In this document: one piece after another, positions 1-10,641 of the stretch | How the letters are laid out: each line of letters opens with the position of its first letter | How positions within the stretch are numbered: position 1 is the stretch's first letter | IMG/VR virus record: IMGVR_UViG_3300009506_000015 | Location: 1-64,000 of that record | Reading direction: 5' to 3' (one strand) | Source of the DNA: a virus | DNA: 64,000 bases | The notes under the pieces: model-generated | Told to the model about the DNA's origin: nothing | What the model saw: only the letters and a program-made list of their open reading frames with translations | The model's database searches: none | Made by a program: the position numbers and the translations under genes

Positions 1-1095
1 GACAAGCTGATGCTCCAACTACAGTTCTTCAGGCTGCCGGGTGGGGAGATACGCCTCATGGAAGGGCGTGACCTGCTGTTCTACCTATCCAAGATAGAGG
101 AGAACACAAGGCCGCTGGAAGGTATCTGGAACGTACCTGAAGGTATGCGGGTATGGGTGCCAATCGAGTCAACGTTCTATGGTAACTGGCGCGACAAGCA
201 GGGCGCGGGGACGGAAGGGGAATTCGGCCCTGCCGCAGACAAGATGTACGATGCCGCAGGTCTGTTCAGGCAAGCGGTGGAAGACTTCAAGGCTGGCGTA
301 GCGGCCAGAGCAAAGGCGCTAGGGTTGGAGGATACCACGTTCATACCCGATATAGGGTGGCCGTACTCCGCACCTGAAGAGCTGCCGCCAGCATGGCTGG
401 GCGCTCTCGAATCATCGGTCAGGGAGTTCGGGAACTACGTAGCTCTATTCGGCCAGTGGGGCAACGGTCCGGTATCGGCTGAACAGAACCAGACCAGGAT
501 GCCCGCGTGGTGGGGGCCGCTACAGGAAGCTCTGCTGAACTGGTCACAGCAGAGTGGCCAGTATCCGACCACGGAACAGCGCGAAGAACTACCGAAAGAA
601 TCGTGGAACCCTCACACGGCAGGTGAAGGGCTTAGCAGCGAATTCAAGATCGCCGTAGACAGGCTGATGACTAACATCGGGCTGATACTATCGGCGGACG
701 AGCGCAAGCAGTCCACGTGGGGTTCTCTGAACGAACAGACCGGACCGCCAAAGATAGATATACCAGAACCGCTTGGCGTGAATATCAACCAGGGCGAAAT
801 GACGACGTCGGTACGCGCAGGCGTCATGTCATCGACCCTGCCAATCGGCATGATGACCTTGGCTACGGCGATGGGCAGCGTAGCCAGCAGCATGATGCTC
901 CAGATTATGTACCTGTCCACAATCGCCAGGAATACGGCGTCACAGCCGACCATTATCATCGAGCAGCCAGCCAGTGGCGGCGGCGGTAGTGGCGGTGGTG
1001 GCGGGGACAATGACTGGGGAGGTCTGCAATCGGCTAAGCCCACATTCACGCGGGAGTGGAAGTTCGCTCCAGGCACATATGAGGTACCGATATAA
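1..1095 (+). CDS. Probable tail tape measure protein, C-terminal part (5' truncated)
   Basis: Frame is open from base 1; lies directly upstream of tail-tip/hub genes; repeated YLSxIxxNT motif and Gly-rich C-terminus. Confidence 0.55.
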   Translation, partial: DKLMLQLQFFRLPGGEIRLMEGRDLLFYLSKIEENTRPLEGIWNVPEGMRVWVPIESTFYGNWRDKQGAGTEGEFGPAADKMYDAAGLFRQAVEDFKAGVAARAKALGLEDTTFIPDIGWPYSAPEELPPAWLGALESSVREFGNYVALFGQWGNGPVSAEQNQTRMPAWWGPLQEALLNWSQQSGQYPTTEQREELPKESWNPHTAGEGLSSEFKIAVDRLMTNIGLILSADERKQSTWGSLNEQTGPPKIDIPEPLGVNINQGEMTTSVRAGVMSSTLPIGMMTLATAMGSVASSMMLQIMYLSTIARNTASQPTIIIEQPASGGGGSGGGGGDNDWGGLQSAKPTFTREWKFAPGTYEVPI

Positions 1096-1469
1096 TGAGC
1101 TGGCCTACTCCTAATCATCAAATAGGTAGTGTTGGTCTATACGTAGACGACGAGAGTCCGAGCAAGGCGGCGGTAGTGGGCACGCTCCACCCGCTCGACG
1201 CCACGGAAGACACGATACATCACAGCGGGTCCAACAGCAGGCGGCTCACCATAGTGGGCACGCTAGTGACGTCTGGCTCCGGTAGTGGTCTGGGCACGGA
1301 GTACGAGACGCTGGAAGGGTACTCTGAATCGGACACCGCCAGGTCATACGTATCCGATCAGGGGACGATTGGCAACTTCATCGTATTGAAGGTGGATGGG
1401 AAAAGGAAGAACGCCGTGAACTATGCATATCCGATCTACAGGGTGACGGTGGAACTGGTAGCCGCATGA
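1095..1469 (+). CDS. Putative distal tail protein
   Basis: Coupled to the upstream ORF (TAATG overlap); beta-rich 124 aa; position after tape measure. Confidence 0.5.
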   Translation: MSWPTPNHQIGSVGLYVDDESPSKAAVVGTLHPLDATEDTIHHSGSNSRRLTIVGTLVTSGSGSGLGTEYETLEGYSESDTARSYVSDQGTIGNFIVLKVDGKRKNAVNYAYPIYRVTVELVAA

Positions 1470-2449
1470 GCAGAGTCCTGCACGCCGACATCACGGGGTC
1501 ATCCGATATCTACTCCGTGACCATAGACCAGGACTACAGCCAGCCTACGTCGTCCATGATATTCGAGTGTGACAGCACAACGCTTTCCCTAGGCGATTCT
1601 GTACAGGCGGACGTGGGATTTGACGACGATCACGCAGTCCTTTTTACAGGATACGTTCTGGAGAAGGACGTACAACGGGACCAGAACGGTGTAAGATACT
1701 CCGTCCGGTGTCGTGATCAGCTATGGCGTGCTATGGCGTACTTTATTGCAGCGGAAGACCCACAATCGCCGCTAGAGTACAGCAACATCGAATCCGCGAC
1801 GCTGGTACAGAACATGCTGGAAATGTCAGGCATTACGAGCTACAGCCTTGACGTTCCTGGCTTTACGTTCGCGCCCGAGGAGCCGCTGGAAGTGCAGCTA
1901 ACGTCTGCATGGGATATGATACAGCGCATCTGCCAGCTAATCGCGTGGCATTGCTACGACGACTACGGCACGGTACGATTCCTAGATCGCAAGCCATACA
2001 ACGTGGCTGGCGATTCGCCAGTGGCTACGCTGATAACTGGTACGGGCGAAGCGATCCTGGCCGTACAGCCGTTCTCCATAGGGAGTGATAAGATAAGGAA
2101 CAGGGTAGTCGTGTACGGGCGCGAAGGCGTGTATGCATCCGCCCAGGCATCAAGCCCGTTCCTACCAGCGGGCTTCTACAAGACGGAGGCCATATCCGCA
2201 CCGGACCTGATAGACACTACGTCTATGGCCCAGGATATCGCGGATTACAACCTCGAGCTGCTGAACAGACTGGAAAAGACTGCAACGGTGAACATAGAAG
2301 GGAACCCAACGGTCAGGGCCAGGCGGGTCGTAACGGTGACGGAAGAAGATACGGGGGTATCTGGAGACTGGTTCGTGTATGGGTGCAGACACGAGATACG
2401 CGACACGTACACGACGAACATGACACTCGTACAAAGGCAGACATCATGA
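1466..2449 (+). CDS. Baseplate hub / tail tip protein (gp27/GpD-like)
   Basis: Hub-like motifs LFTGYV, CRDQLW, RNRVVVYG, GNPTVR, GDWFV; ATGA overlaps at both ends. Confidence 0.65.
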   Translation: MSRVLHADITGSSDIYSVTIDQDYSQPTSSMIFECDSTTLSLGDSVQADVGFDDDHAVLFTGYVLEKDVQRDQNGVRYSVRCRDQLWRAMAYFIAAEDPQSPLEYSNIESATLVQNMLEMSGITSYSLDVPGFTFAPEEPLEVQLTSAWDMIQRICQLIAWHCYDDYGTVRFLDRKPYNVAGDSPVATLITGTGEAILAVQPFSIGSDKIRNRVVVYGREGVYASAQASSPFLPAGFYKTEAISAPDLIDTTSMAQDIADYNLELLNRLEKTATVNIEGNPTVRARRVVTVTEEDTGVSGDWFVYGCRHEIRDTYTTNMTLVQRQTS

Positions 2450-4884
2450 GCGTTAGCGTGACGGTAGATGGAACGGATAGGACATCCAGCCTGATAAGGA
2501 TGGAACGGCGGGACCAGTATTGCGACCCCGGCGCGTCGGTAGAACTTGTGTTCGACAACGTGTTTGAGATCCTGCCCTGGAAGGATGTTGTGGTATACGA
2601 GAACGGGACAAAGACATTCACCGGGACCACGTCGCAGATAGAGGCGTCCCGCGACGTGTTACAGTTGACCATCAGGGCCAGCGACGACATACGCCGCATC
2701 AAGGAATACTTCGTTGCTGAGGACTACGAGACCGCTGGCGAAGGTGTGAAGTATTGGCTCAACCTGTTCGCCACAGCAGCAGGGTGCTCGGTATCGTTTG
2801 ACACCGACTACGACCCAACGCCGCTGGTCGGTATGACGATGGGTAAGATGATGGCGGTGGAGATCGTCAACGAACTTCTGTTGTTTGCCGGGTGGGACAT
2901 GTGGTGCGACGCCGACAACACCCTGCATTTTGGCTACAGGATGACAGACGCCGGGGTGTCATACAGCCTTGCCGCTGGCGACAACCTGGTCGGTATGCTC
3001 AGGACAAGGGATTCCGAGTCTTGCAGGAATAGGGCCATCGTGTACGGGGCCATCGGTTCGGCTGTGGCCCAGGCCCAGTTCGGGTGGGAGATAGACGACG
3101 ACGACTGGCGTACTATGGTTGTCAGCAGCGTGTATCTCGAGACTGTTACCCAGGCTTATGACCTTGCCAATAGGATGGTAAGTGTGGCTGGCCCAGAATG
3201 GGACATCAAGCGTTGCGACCTGGACGCAGTCTATGAAGACATAGAGATAGGCGACCGCGTATCGTTCGATGATGGCGTCGGCAACAGTGGCACCGACCAC
3301 GTGACGACGCTCACGACGGTGTGGGAAGGCGACAGCGGCATGGAGACGATGCACGTCGTCCTGGGCGAACGGTGTCCTATCGTCGGATCGCCTGGAGCGG
3401 CTCCAATAGATGGCCGGGACGTGATCGTAGCCACCTATGAATGTGGCGTGTGGCGATGCCGAGACATATGGGCAGATACCATCCATTGGGAGTCGATGAA
3501 CAATGGCCTGGAGGATGACGGCCTGAACTGTGAGTGGTTCATACGCGATCCGTTCGAGCCGAATACGCTGGCGTTCCTACTGACTCAGGAAGCCCTGTAC
3601 CAGACGTTATCCACTGAGCCTGGGTATGAATACTGGATGCCGAAGCATTTGCAATTCGAGGGGGACGTAGAGGATTGGTACATAGCCAAGATAAGGTCTA
3701 CGGTCGCAAGGCGCGGCGCTTACTATTTTGCGTTAACCAGGAAGGCCGATCCAGCCTATTGGTCTGCCGTTGCATTGTCGAATGATGGATGTGATACGAT
3801 AAGGCTTGCAGACAGAGTCGATAAATGTTCTGGCCAGTATACGGTATATGACTGCGGTGTAGGCAGACCACCAACATTCAGTGGTAGGCTTTTTGGTTCT
3901 AAATGTAATTATACATACCAGACGGAATGTGCTGTACAATGCTGGCACAACCCACAGGCGTATGGTGGCCTTGGTGGTTCTGGAGGCCTTGCTGCGTGGC
4001 ACAGGAACGACCACGGATGTACTATAACAGGGCTAACGTCACCTAGGGCGTCAAATGCAAGGCCAGCGTATTGGCATTGCACACGTGCGAGTGTTGGATA
4101 CTCAATGGACGGTGTCTATAATGGTGATATTGCAGAGGGTTTATGCGTAGACCCTGATTCAGTTATACTATCTCCGTGGACGTTTAGTAGGGGCACGGCT
4201 ATATGGTTCTGCTACGCAAGTGGTGGGATATTAGAATACAATATCTGTACTACTCCGAACGCCACTGGAACAATAAGCGTGCCAGCATCTAGCTGGACAC
4301 AGATGTTCTCACTTCATATACCGTATAACCAGTCATACACACAGGACGCGTTCGATAGTTCTGAATTTCCAAGTATTATATACTTCACCCCTGGAAAGTG
4401 GGACGGTGGTGTTTTAACTGGAATAACTGATAGGTGGCCCACAAGGAACGGTGTTGCGCTTGAACTTCCCTGGGGATCAAGCCCTGCGTCTATATGTCAT
4501 GACTGCCAGGGGTCTATCGGGACGTACTCACCGGATAGGACCAAGGTATATTGCTTCAGCGGCGGTAGCCCATCTAGGTTTGCCACAAGTGACGACGAGG
4601 GCGACACGTGGACAGAGGGCGCATCCATTCCATTCAATACTGCGTGCTTTTCAGGGTTCCCGTACTCGTCTGCAAAGGTATATGCTGGCAGACACGCTAT
4701 CAGGGACGGGACGACGGATGAAGATACCGCGCTGATATACGTATCGTGGGACCGTGGTGAGTCGTGGCAGGACGTCACTGGCGATCTGTACGAGCAGACA
4801 AAGGCTATGGGTCGAAGGTATACTAAGTCTGGCGACCCTCTAGGTGCATCTGGATTGGTCACGATAGCTCCGAGGTATTCATGA
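2446..4884 (+). CDS. Tail protein: hub-like N-terminus plus C-terminal BNR/Asp-box propeller (receptor binding)
   Basis: Start moved to ATG 2446 (ATGA overlap); RNRAIVYG motif; Asp boxes SDDEGDTW and SWDRGESW. Confidence 0.6.
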   Translation: MSVSVTVDGTDRTSSLIRMERRDQYCDPGASVELVFDNVFEILPWKDVVVYENGTKTFTGTTSQIEASRDVLQLTIRASDDIRRIKEYFVAEDYETAGEGVKYWLNLFATAAGCSVSFDTDYDPTPLVGMTMGKMMAVEIVNELLLFAGWDMWCDADNTLHFGYRMTDAGVSYSLAAGDNLVGMLRTRDSESCRNRAIVYGAIGSAVAQAQFGWEIDDDDWRTMVVSSVYLETVTQAYDLANRMVSVAGPEWDIKRCDLDAVYEDIEIGDRVSFDDGVGNSGTDHVTTLTTVWEGDSGMETMHVVLGERCPIVGSPGAAPIDGRDVIVATYECGVWRCRDIWADTIHWESMNNGLEDDGLNCEWFIRDPFEPNTLAFLLTQEALYQTLSTEPGYEYWMPKHLQFEGDVEDWYIAKIRSTVARRGAYYFALTRKADPAYWSAVALSNDGCDTIRLADRVDKCSGQYTVYDCGVGRPPTFSGRLFGSKCNYTYQTECAVQCWHNPQAYGGLGGSGGLAAWHRNDHGCTITGLTSPRASNARPAYWHCTRASVGYSMDGVYNGDIAEGLCVDPDSVILSPWTFSRGTAIWFCYASGGILEYNICTTPNATGTISVPASSWTQMFSLHIPYNQSYTQDAFDSSEFPSIIYFTPGKWDGGVLTGITDRWPTRNGVALELPWGSSPASICHDCQGSIGTYSPDRTKVYCFSGGSPSRFATSDDEGDTWTEGASIPFNTACFSGFPYSSAKVYAGRHAIRDGTTDEDTALIYVSWDRGESWQDVTGDLYEQTKAMGRRYTKSGDPLGASGLVTIAPRYS

Positions 4885-5678
4885 GCGATAACGACATAAG
4901 GCTATTCGTAAGGGATATCATACGCTACATTAACCACCGGCTGGATAGACCAGAGCGGCTGATACTCGGCGGCACGTCCGGGTCTGGTGGGGGATATGGA
5001 GGCCCACCGGCTGGCGTGATAGGCAAGCTGCCACAGTCGTATGTGTGCTACGACACTGACGAGCTTACGACGGCTGGCTCTAGCCCTGCACCGAGCCTGT
5101 TGCACAACCTGAACCGCATACGTGGTGGGCACGCGATAGGTGACGATGCCATTATCGAGCGCCACATGGCGTGGTCGCCAGATGATACATTTAGCTCTAG
5201 CGGCTGCATAGACGCCAGCCATATCCCGTTCTTCAACGATGCCACGGCCATACCAGATGACAACGTCAGGGATACCATAGAATGGGTGTATACCCATAGG
5301 GCGGACGATCTCACGTCGAACTTCTATGTGACGCAGCAGTTTATATTCACAGTAGAAGGAGAGATAGAGGCGGTTACTGGCAACATCGAGATATGGATTC
5401 CATGTACGCTTACCATTTCCGAGGTACGTGCCAGGGTTAGCGTAGCACCTGTAGGACAGGATATCATCATTGACATCAACAAGAATGGAACGTCGGTGTT
5501 AGACGTTGATAAATTAGTCATAGAGGATGGGGCATACTATGGCACAGCGACTCCCGACACAACGGCGCTTGCTGACGGCGATATATTGACGATGGACGTG
5601 GACCAGCGAGGTTCATCAACACCTGGTTCGTATCTGGTCGTCAGTATCATCTGCATACAATATTTACAGGGGGCATAG
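4881..5678 (+). CDS. Minor tail / tail fibre-associated protein
   Basis: Coupled in tail operon; C-terminal APVG..IIIDINKNG...DGDILTMDVDQ.GS..PG domain typical of phage tail proteins. Confidence 0.55.
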   Translation: MSDNDIRLFVRDIIRYINHRLDRPERLILGGTSGSGGGYGGPPAGVIGKLPQSYVCYDTDELTTAGSSPAPSLLHNLNRIRGGHAIGDDAIIERHMAWSPDDTFSSSGCIDASHIPFFNDATAIPDDNVRDTIEWVYTHRADDLTSNFYVTQQFIFTVEGEIEAVTGNIEIWIPCTLTISEVRARVSVAPVGQDIIIDINKNGTSVLDVDKLVIEDGAYYGTATPDTTALADGDILTMDVDQRGSSTPGSYLVVSIICIQYLQGA

Positions 5679-6671
5679 ATGGTATTCACTCCAGAGTTTG
5701 GAACTGGATACGAGCAAGGAAGTACGGAGGTTATAGCCGCAGTTGACTACTATGGGCAGTTGGCCATGTCAACAAGCGTTGTACATACTGGCGTATATTC
5801 TATGTGCATACAGGCATATGGCAGCGGTGCCATCAGATACATACAATACCACACGTCCGCCGGGAGTGAAATATATATCGGGGTTTGGGCGTACCTCCTG
5901 TACACCACGTACCCCGCACGTGTCAGAGTCTATCTTACGGACGGTAACTTCCTTGAGGTAAAATATGAATCTGGAAACACGTGGAACGCATACGTCAATG
6001 GTGGACTTGTTGAGAGTGGTTCTGTAACAGTAAACGTCAATGAGTGGCACCACCTTCAGGTGAGGTTTAAGGTGGACGATAGCGTTGGTGTGATCCAGAC
6101 AAAGATAGATGGTGTATCGGATGTGGACTACTCCGGTGATACCAAACCTGGTTCATCCTCAACGCTAGAACATATCTGGCTCATCATGGGCGGTAGTGGT
6201 ACTATACGCCGCGATGTGTACTACGATGACTTTGTGTACGGTACTGGTGACTGGCCCGGAGATATAAGGTTCCAGGTAATGGTTCCAGATGGCGACGATA
6301 CGGCGGAGTGGATTCCTTCAACTGGTGTAGATAACTATGCACTAGTAGACGAGATACCGCCATCCGATGCCGATTACGTTACATCTGGCAGTTCAGGCCA
6401 GAAAGATTTATACACAATGGATTCGTGGGATGGTACACTGAAAACGCCACAGTTCTTGGTACAGTGGATACGGGCGAAGAAGGACTCCGCAGGGACACGG
6501 CAGTTACAGATGGTGGTGGATAGCAACGGTACTGAAGATGCCGGAGATGCGTTCGACTTAACTACGGACTATGCGTACTACAACAGAGTCATAGAGGAAG
6601 ACCCCGACACAAGCTCTGCCTGGACGGAATCTGCAATCAACGCCTTGAAAGCAGGGATGGAGTCCACATAA
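5679..6671 (+). CDS. Minor tail protein with LamG/ConA-like domain
   Basis: NEWHHLQV...KIDG...YYDDF pattern; tail operon. Confidence 0.55.
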   Translation: MVFTPEFGTGYEQGSTEVIAAVDYYGQLAMSTSVVHTGVYSMCIQAYGSGAIRYIQYHTSAGSEIYIGVWAYLLYTTYPARVRVYLTDGNFLEVKYESGNTWNAYVNGGLVESGSVTVNVNEWHHLQVRFKVDDSVGVIQTKIDGVSDVDYSGDTKPGSSSTLEHIWLIMGGSGTIRRDVYYDDFVYGTGDWPGDIRFQVMVPDGDDTAEWIPSTGVDNYALVDEIPPSDADYVTSGSSGQKDLYTMDSWDGTLKTPQFLVQWIRAKKDSAGTRQLQMVVDSNGTEDAGDAFDLTTDYAYYNRVIEEDPDTSSAWTESAINALKAGMEST

Positions 6672-7127
6672 ATGACGGAGGTACTATATTCTAGCCAAAC
6701 TCTTATAGAGGTAGGCTACGAAGTACCATCGAATATATTACTGACTCAGACTCTTGTCGAGATAGGCTATATAATCCCGACAGAGCAGCAGATACAGGCC
6801 GATGTCGGCGTCATCATATTGCAGACAATGACGCCGACGATATACGTCGTGCCGCTACCGACAGTTTCGGCACAGGTAGGTGTGATACTTATCTCCACGC
6901 CAAGCGCGTCGATAGGTGGGCCTCAGACCGTATCTGCGCAGGTTGGTGTCATACTGGTATCTGGACCACAGGCTTCACCACAGGTTATAATTGGCATGGC
7001 AGTATCCAATGCAGTTATAGAGGTCGGCTACATACCATCTGTGCAACTAATGGTATCTGAGGCATTGTTAGAGGTTGGGTTTGTAAAACATTACAGGAAG
7101 TACGGTCCGCCCGTACAGCACGCGTAG
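6672..7127 (+). CDS. Virion protein with short internal repeats
   Basis: Repeats of the (L/V)(I/V/L)E(V/I)G(Y/F) type x4 and VGVI x3; abuts upstream gene. Confidence 0.5.
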   Translation: MTEVLYSSQTLIEVGYEVPSNILLTQTLVEIGYIIPTEQQIQADVGVIILQTMTPTIYVVPLPTVSAQVGVILISTPSASIGGPQTVSAQVGVILVSGPQASPQVIIGMAVSNAVIEVGYIPSVQLMVSEALLEVGFVKHYRKYGPPVQHA

Positions 7128-7136
7128 GAGACTCGA

Positions 7137-7601
7137 ATGGCAGAAGGTGATTTCCTAATCTATAATGCGTTCCTTGAAAAGCTAGGGGCTGGAGATATAA
7201 GCCTTGAGGCTACTGTAGACGGTGGGCACGTGTTCCACGTCATACTCGTTTCTGGCTACTCGCCAGATATCGACAACGACGAGGGGTACAGCGACGTGTC
7301 GGCGTATGAGTACGCAACTGGTGATGGATATACAGAGGGTGGTGAAACTATAGCAAGCCAGACGTATACGCGTGACGACGCAAACGATATGATGGTGTTC
7401 GACGGTAGCCCTGCGTTCTGGGATGCCCTTGGGCCACTATCTCCAGCCACTCCTAGTCACGCCATCGTTGTCGATGTATCCACGTCTGGCAGCACACTCG
7501 CCGCATGTATCGAAATAGGATCGACTGCCACTAATGGGCTTGACTACATGGTCGTGTGGAACGCCAGCGGGATATTCAATATCAAGCAGGAAACGGCGTA
7601 G
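7137..7601 (+). CDS. Tail-associated structural protein
   Basis: AGGAG RBS; GYTEGG and WNASGIF motifs common in phage tail-end proteins. Confidence 0.55.
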   Translation: MAEGDFLIYNAFLEKLGAGDISLEATVDGGHVFHVILVSGYSPDIDNDEGYSDVSAYEYATGDGYTEGGETIASQTYTRDDANDMMVFDGSPAFWDALGPLSPATPSHAIVVDVSTSGSTLAACIEIGSTATNGLDYMVVWNASGIFNIKQETA

Positions 7602-7618
7602 GGCACGTGCCCTACGCC
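7595..7618. terminator. Perfect 24-bp palindrome at the convergence of the two transcription arms
   Basis: GGCGTAGGGCAC/GTGCCCTACGCC overlaps both stop codons. Confidence 0.65.
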
Positions 7619-8355
7619 ACTATTTCCACCGTGACGCCAAGTCTGTCAGCGAGCCAGTGCGCCACGGGTTCGGGCAACGGTATCCTATTGCCACTCTCCT
7701 GTCGGGCGGTGAACACCACGTTAAACCGCATGTCCATTCTTGGCATTTCGTAGACAAACTCGGCGTACATAGTACCGGAAGCATACACCACCCGCGTGGG
7801 ATAGATACGCACATCCCCCATCGCGTCGCTCACCATCTGCCTGGCGTGACCAGGCCCAGGCGCGGATGCAATGGCTTCCAGTAGACCTGCCACAGAACCA
7901 CCAGGCAGGGACGATTCGTCTATGTGGGATAGCAGGTCGCCGTTACCAGTAGTAAGGCGCGTCCTTACTTCGTGACCCGCTGTTGGCGCGTAGGCCAGGA
8001 TATTCAGAATAGTATCCCACTCCGTGCCAATACGCACATAGTCCTCGATATCCATAGCGCGGGTGCGTATCAGCGACGCCGATATCGGCAGACCTATGTC
8101 GTCCACCCACGCAGACCAGCTCGTATATCCCGTCAGCCGTTCGGCTTCACGCCTGGTGCTGGCGGACTCGAACAGCTTTTTCATCCGCCAGCAGGCTATG
8201 AGCGTAACGCCACGCAGCACGGCCCAGGATACCGCCCCGCGCCGTGCTATGGCGTCTACGATTGGCACGTCATCCGTCGCCACCAATTCCTGTATGAATC
8301 GGACCTCGCCCATCTGGGCGACAGTCATGTTACTTACTGAGTCGGCTAAATCCAT
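7612..8355 (-). CDS. Hypothetical protein
   Basis: 247 aa ORF overlapping the end of the Rad52-like gene. Confidence 0.6.
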   Translation of the reverse strand: MDLADSVSNMTVAQMGEVRFIQELVATDDVPIVDAIARRGAVSWAVLRGVTLIACWRMKKLFESASTRREAERLTGYTSWSAWVDDIGLPISASLIRTRAMDIEDYVRIGTEWDTILNILAYAPTAGHEVRTRLTTGNGDLLSHIDESSLPGGSVAGLLEAIASAPGPGHARQMVSDAMGDVRIYPTRVVYASGTMYAEFVYEMPRMDMRFNVVFTARQESGNRIPLPEPVAHWLADRLGVTVEIVA

Positions 8356-9727
8356 ACTCGAAAGCCTTCTTGAGTGCTTCTTCTGGCACTCCCTGTTTGA
8401 ATACGTCTATCGTCTTCATCATTAGGTCGGTATATTCTACCCGCCACTCGTCATACGCGACGCCCTGTAGCAGAGCAGACAGGAAGTCATCGGGCTTCTC
8501 GACGCCAGCGTCCTTGGCGTATTTCAACAGGCCCGTAGGAACAGACTTGCCAGTACCAGCCGCTACTGCGCCGACATTGATCGGCGGCGTCTCGTGTACG
8601 CTGTTGACCTCGGCGGCGTCTACGCTTTGTTCCTGTTCCAAGGACTTGTCTGTAGGCGCTCGTTCGCCGCCGTAGTATTCTGGATATGCGAATTCTGCTG
8701 CGGAGCTGCCTTCCTTGCAGTAGATGTACAGGGCTTGCAGCATACCCCACGTGATCTTGCGCCCGTCCACGATACCAAAGTGCCGCTTTAGATGGTTCAT
8801 CACACGCGGGTTGTTCGGTGAAAATGGGTCTATCTTGTGTTCCGGGTCCAGCTTGTCGCGCAGCATTTCCACAAACGCTTCGGTGTTGACCAGTACGCGC
8901 CACTCACCCTTGCCGCTGGTTACTTCGTCCTTCGGCTTCATGTCACCGAACCACATCTTGACCATTTCGCGCTTATCTTTCTTGCGCTCGCTATCCTCAA
9001 ATTCCTCGACGGCATCCATCGCTTGCTGTTCGCGCATCTTGTAGTACGCGATGAACTTCTCATTCATCGCACCCTTGGCGTTCTTGTCCACGGCCCACTT
9101 CATGGCGGATATGCCATCGGCGTCGTCAAAGATTTCGGCCAGCGTCATGCCCTTGAACTTACCTTCGCTGCCCCAGCCGTCGCACACGTACATCCCCAGC
9201 TCTTCTTCGCTGTTATTAGAACGCTGCGTAGCCTTATCGCCTTCTTCTTCCCAACCTAACACCTGGGCCATGCGCTCGTCAAAGTATAACTCACCGCCCA
9301 GGTGGCGACCGAACTGTGACAGCGCGTTCTTGATAGCGTCGGTCTTGGCAGACTTTGCGGCGGTGTCTAGCTGCTGTGCAGTAGGCGGGTTCACTTCCCC
9401 TGTCCTGCGGTTATTGCTACACCTGGCTACACCAACGCCCCGGCCTAGCCTGGACGTGCTGCGAATACTGTTGTCCTCTATCAGATAGTATATCTGTACA
9501 TCGACATCCATAGTGAAGACATAGTCGCCATATTCATTTGTGAAACGGTCGTCACCCACCTTGGTGGCGGACCACCCATCGAAGCCGAATATCTCGTTCG
9601 CTTCCTGTATCGCCCATTGCCCGGTGACGTACTTACCAAAGATGCCCTTGCTTGAATCGCCAGGGTGTACGGCTTCACTGGGCACTTCCTGGTCCAACGC
9701 GTGTTGGACCTCCTCGTAAGACTTCAT
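8330..9727 (-). CDS. Rad52/Rad22-family single-strand annealing protein (Sak-like) with long C-terminal extension
   Basis: YVTG..AIQEANEIFGFDGWS and AAKSAKTDAIKNALSQFG..LG..LY Rad52 motifs. Confidence 0.85.
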   Translation of the reverse strand: MKSYEEVQHALDQEVPSEAVHPGDSSKGIFGKYVTGQWAIQEANEIFGFDGWSATKVGDDRFTNEYGDYVFTMDVDVQIYYLIEDNSIRSTSRLGRGVGVARCSNNRRTGEVNPPTAQQLDTAAKSAKTDAIKNALSQFGRHLGGELYFDERMAQVLGWEEEGDKATQRSNNSEEELGMYVCDGWGSEGKFKGMTLAEIFDDADGISAMKWAVDKNAKGAMNEKFIAYYKMREQQAMDAVEEFEDSERKKDKREMVKMWFGDMKPKDEVTSGKGEWRVLVNTEAFVEMLRDKLDPEHKIDPFSPNNPRVMNHLKRHFGIVDGRKITWGMLQALYIYCKEGSSAAEFAYPEYYGGERAPTDKSLEQEQSVDAAEVNSVHETPPINVGAVAAGTGKSVPTGLLKYAKDAGVEKPDDFLSALLQGVAYDEWRVEYTDLMMKTIDVFKQGVPEEALKKAFEYGFSRLSK

Positions 9728-10641
9728 TGACTTCCTCCAAAGTTGAATAGTGGTCCCATGATAGACTCAGTGTCGTAGTTACTTATGAGCAGCTCTTTCG
9801 TATCCTTGACGTAAGTACCAGGTTCATGTACGGTTCCGCACGTGTACGTTATATCGTATGGCCTGATGATGATACCTGGCCTTCCTTCATACAGACCTAT
9901 AATATCCGGGTGGTTGTTAATCGTCAGCAGCCACCTATTCTTGGCGGCAGCGTTCAGGTCGGCAAGATCGGAGTGATCCTGCCAGCTAAACTGCTCGTAA
10001 TAGTCGTTGCCACCTGCGACACCCCAATACGGCGGGTCTTGGAACACGAACGTGGACTCATTGTCATACCTGCGGCCAATCATTTCGTAGATATGCCGAA
10101 AATCCCTGTTGAACACCTGCACACCAGACAGCCTATCGTGGAACGCCTGTATCCTACCATATGGCAGGTCGAGATAGTGCCTTCCGGTATACCTTGCCGC
10201 CTCATACTTGTACGATGTAGACCTTGCCGCGTTCCTGCCAGTGAACGTCTGCTTCTGCGTCATCCAGAACGCGACTGCGGCTTCCACATCTGGTATCTCT
10301 ATCGGTTGCTTCAACCTGGCGACGTGCATATGGTACATGCGCTCCGAGTCGAAGATATAGCCATCACGAAAGAACGACAGGAATTCATCTGGTAAATCTC
10401 TGATGACTATAAAGAAGTTCACCAGCACATCATATTTATCGTTGAACCACTCCGATTCGCTTATGGCTTGCGGCTTAGCCAGCGAAACTGAAAGCATACC
10501 GCAGAACATATCCACGTATAGCTTGTGGGCGGGGAACATGTTCACCAGAAAGTCTGCCACCCTGCTCTTGCCACCAGCATACGGTACGATACTGTTAAGC
10601 GTTTTCCACTCGCTGATAATAGCTGTCTGATGCTCCGTCAT
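9724..10641 (-). CDS. DNA adenine methyltransferase, Dam/D12 class
   Basis: PYAGGKS, YVDMFCG (motif I), ND, DPPY (motif IV), ELLISNY. Confidence 0.9.
   Translation of the reverse strand: MTEHQTAIISEWKTLNSIVPYAGGKSRVADFLVNMFPAHKLYVDMFCGMLSVSLAKPQAISESEWFNDKYDVLVNFFIVIRDLPDEFLSFFRDGYIFDSERMYHMHVARLKQPIEIPDVEAAVAFWMTQKQTFTGRNAARSTSYKYEAARYTGRHYLDLPYGRIQAFHDRLSGVQVFNRDFRHIYEMIGRRYDNESTFVFQDPPYWGVAGGNDYYEQFSWQDHSDLADLNAAAKNRWLLTINNHPDIIGLYEGRPGIIIRPYDITYTCGTVHEPGTYVKDTKELLISNYDTESIMGPLFNFGGSQ

Noticed and set aside
2446-7601. Diversity-generating retroelement acting on tail genes
   Set aside because: No reverse transcriptase and no template/variable repeat pair seen in the window
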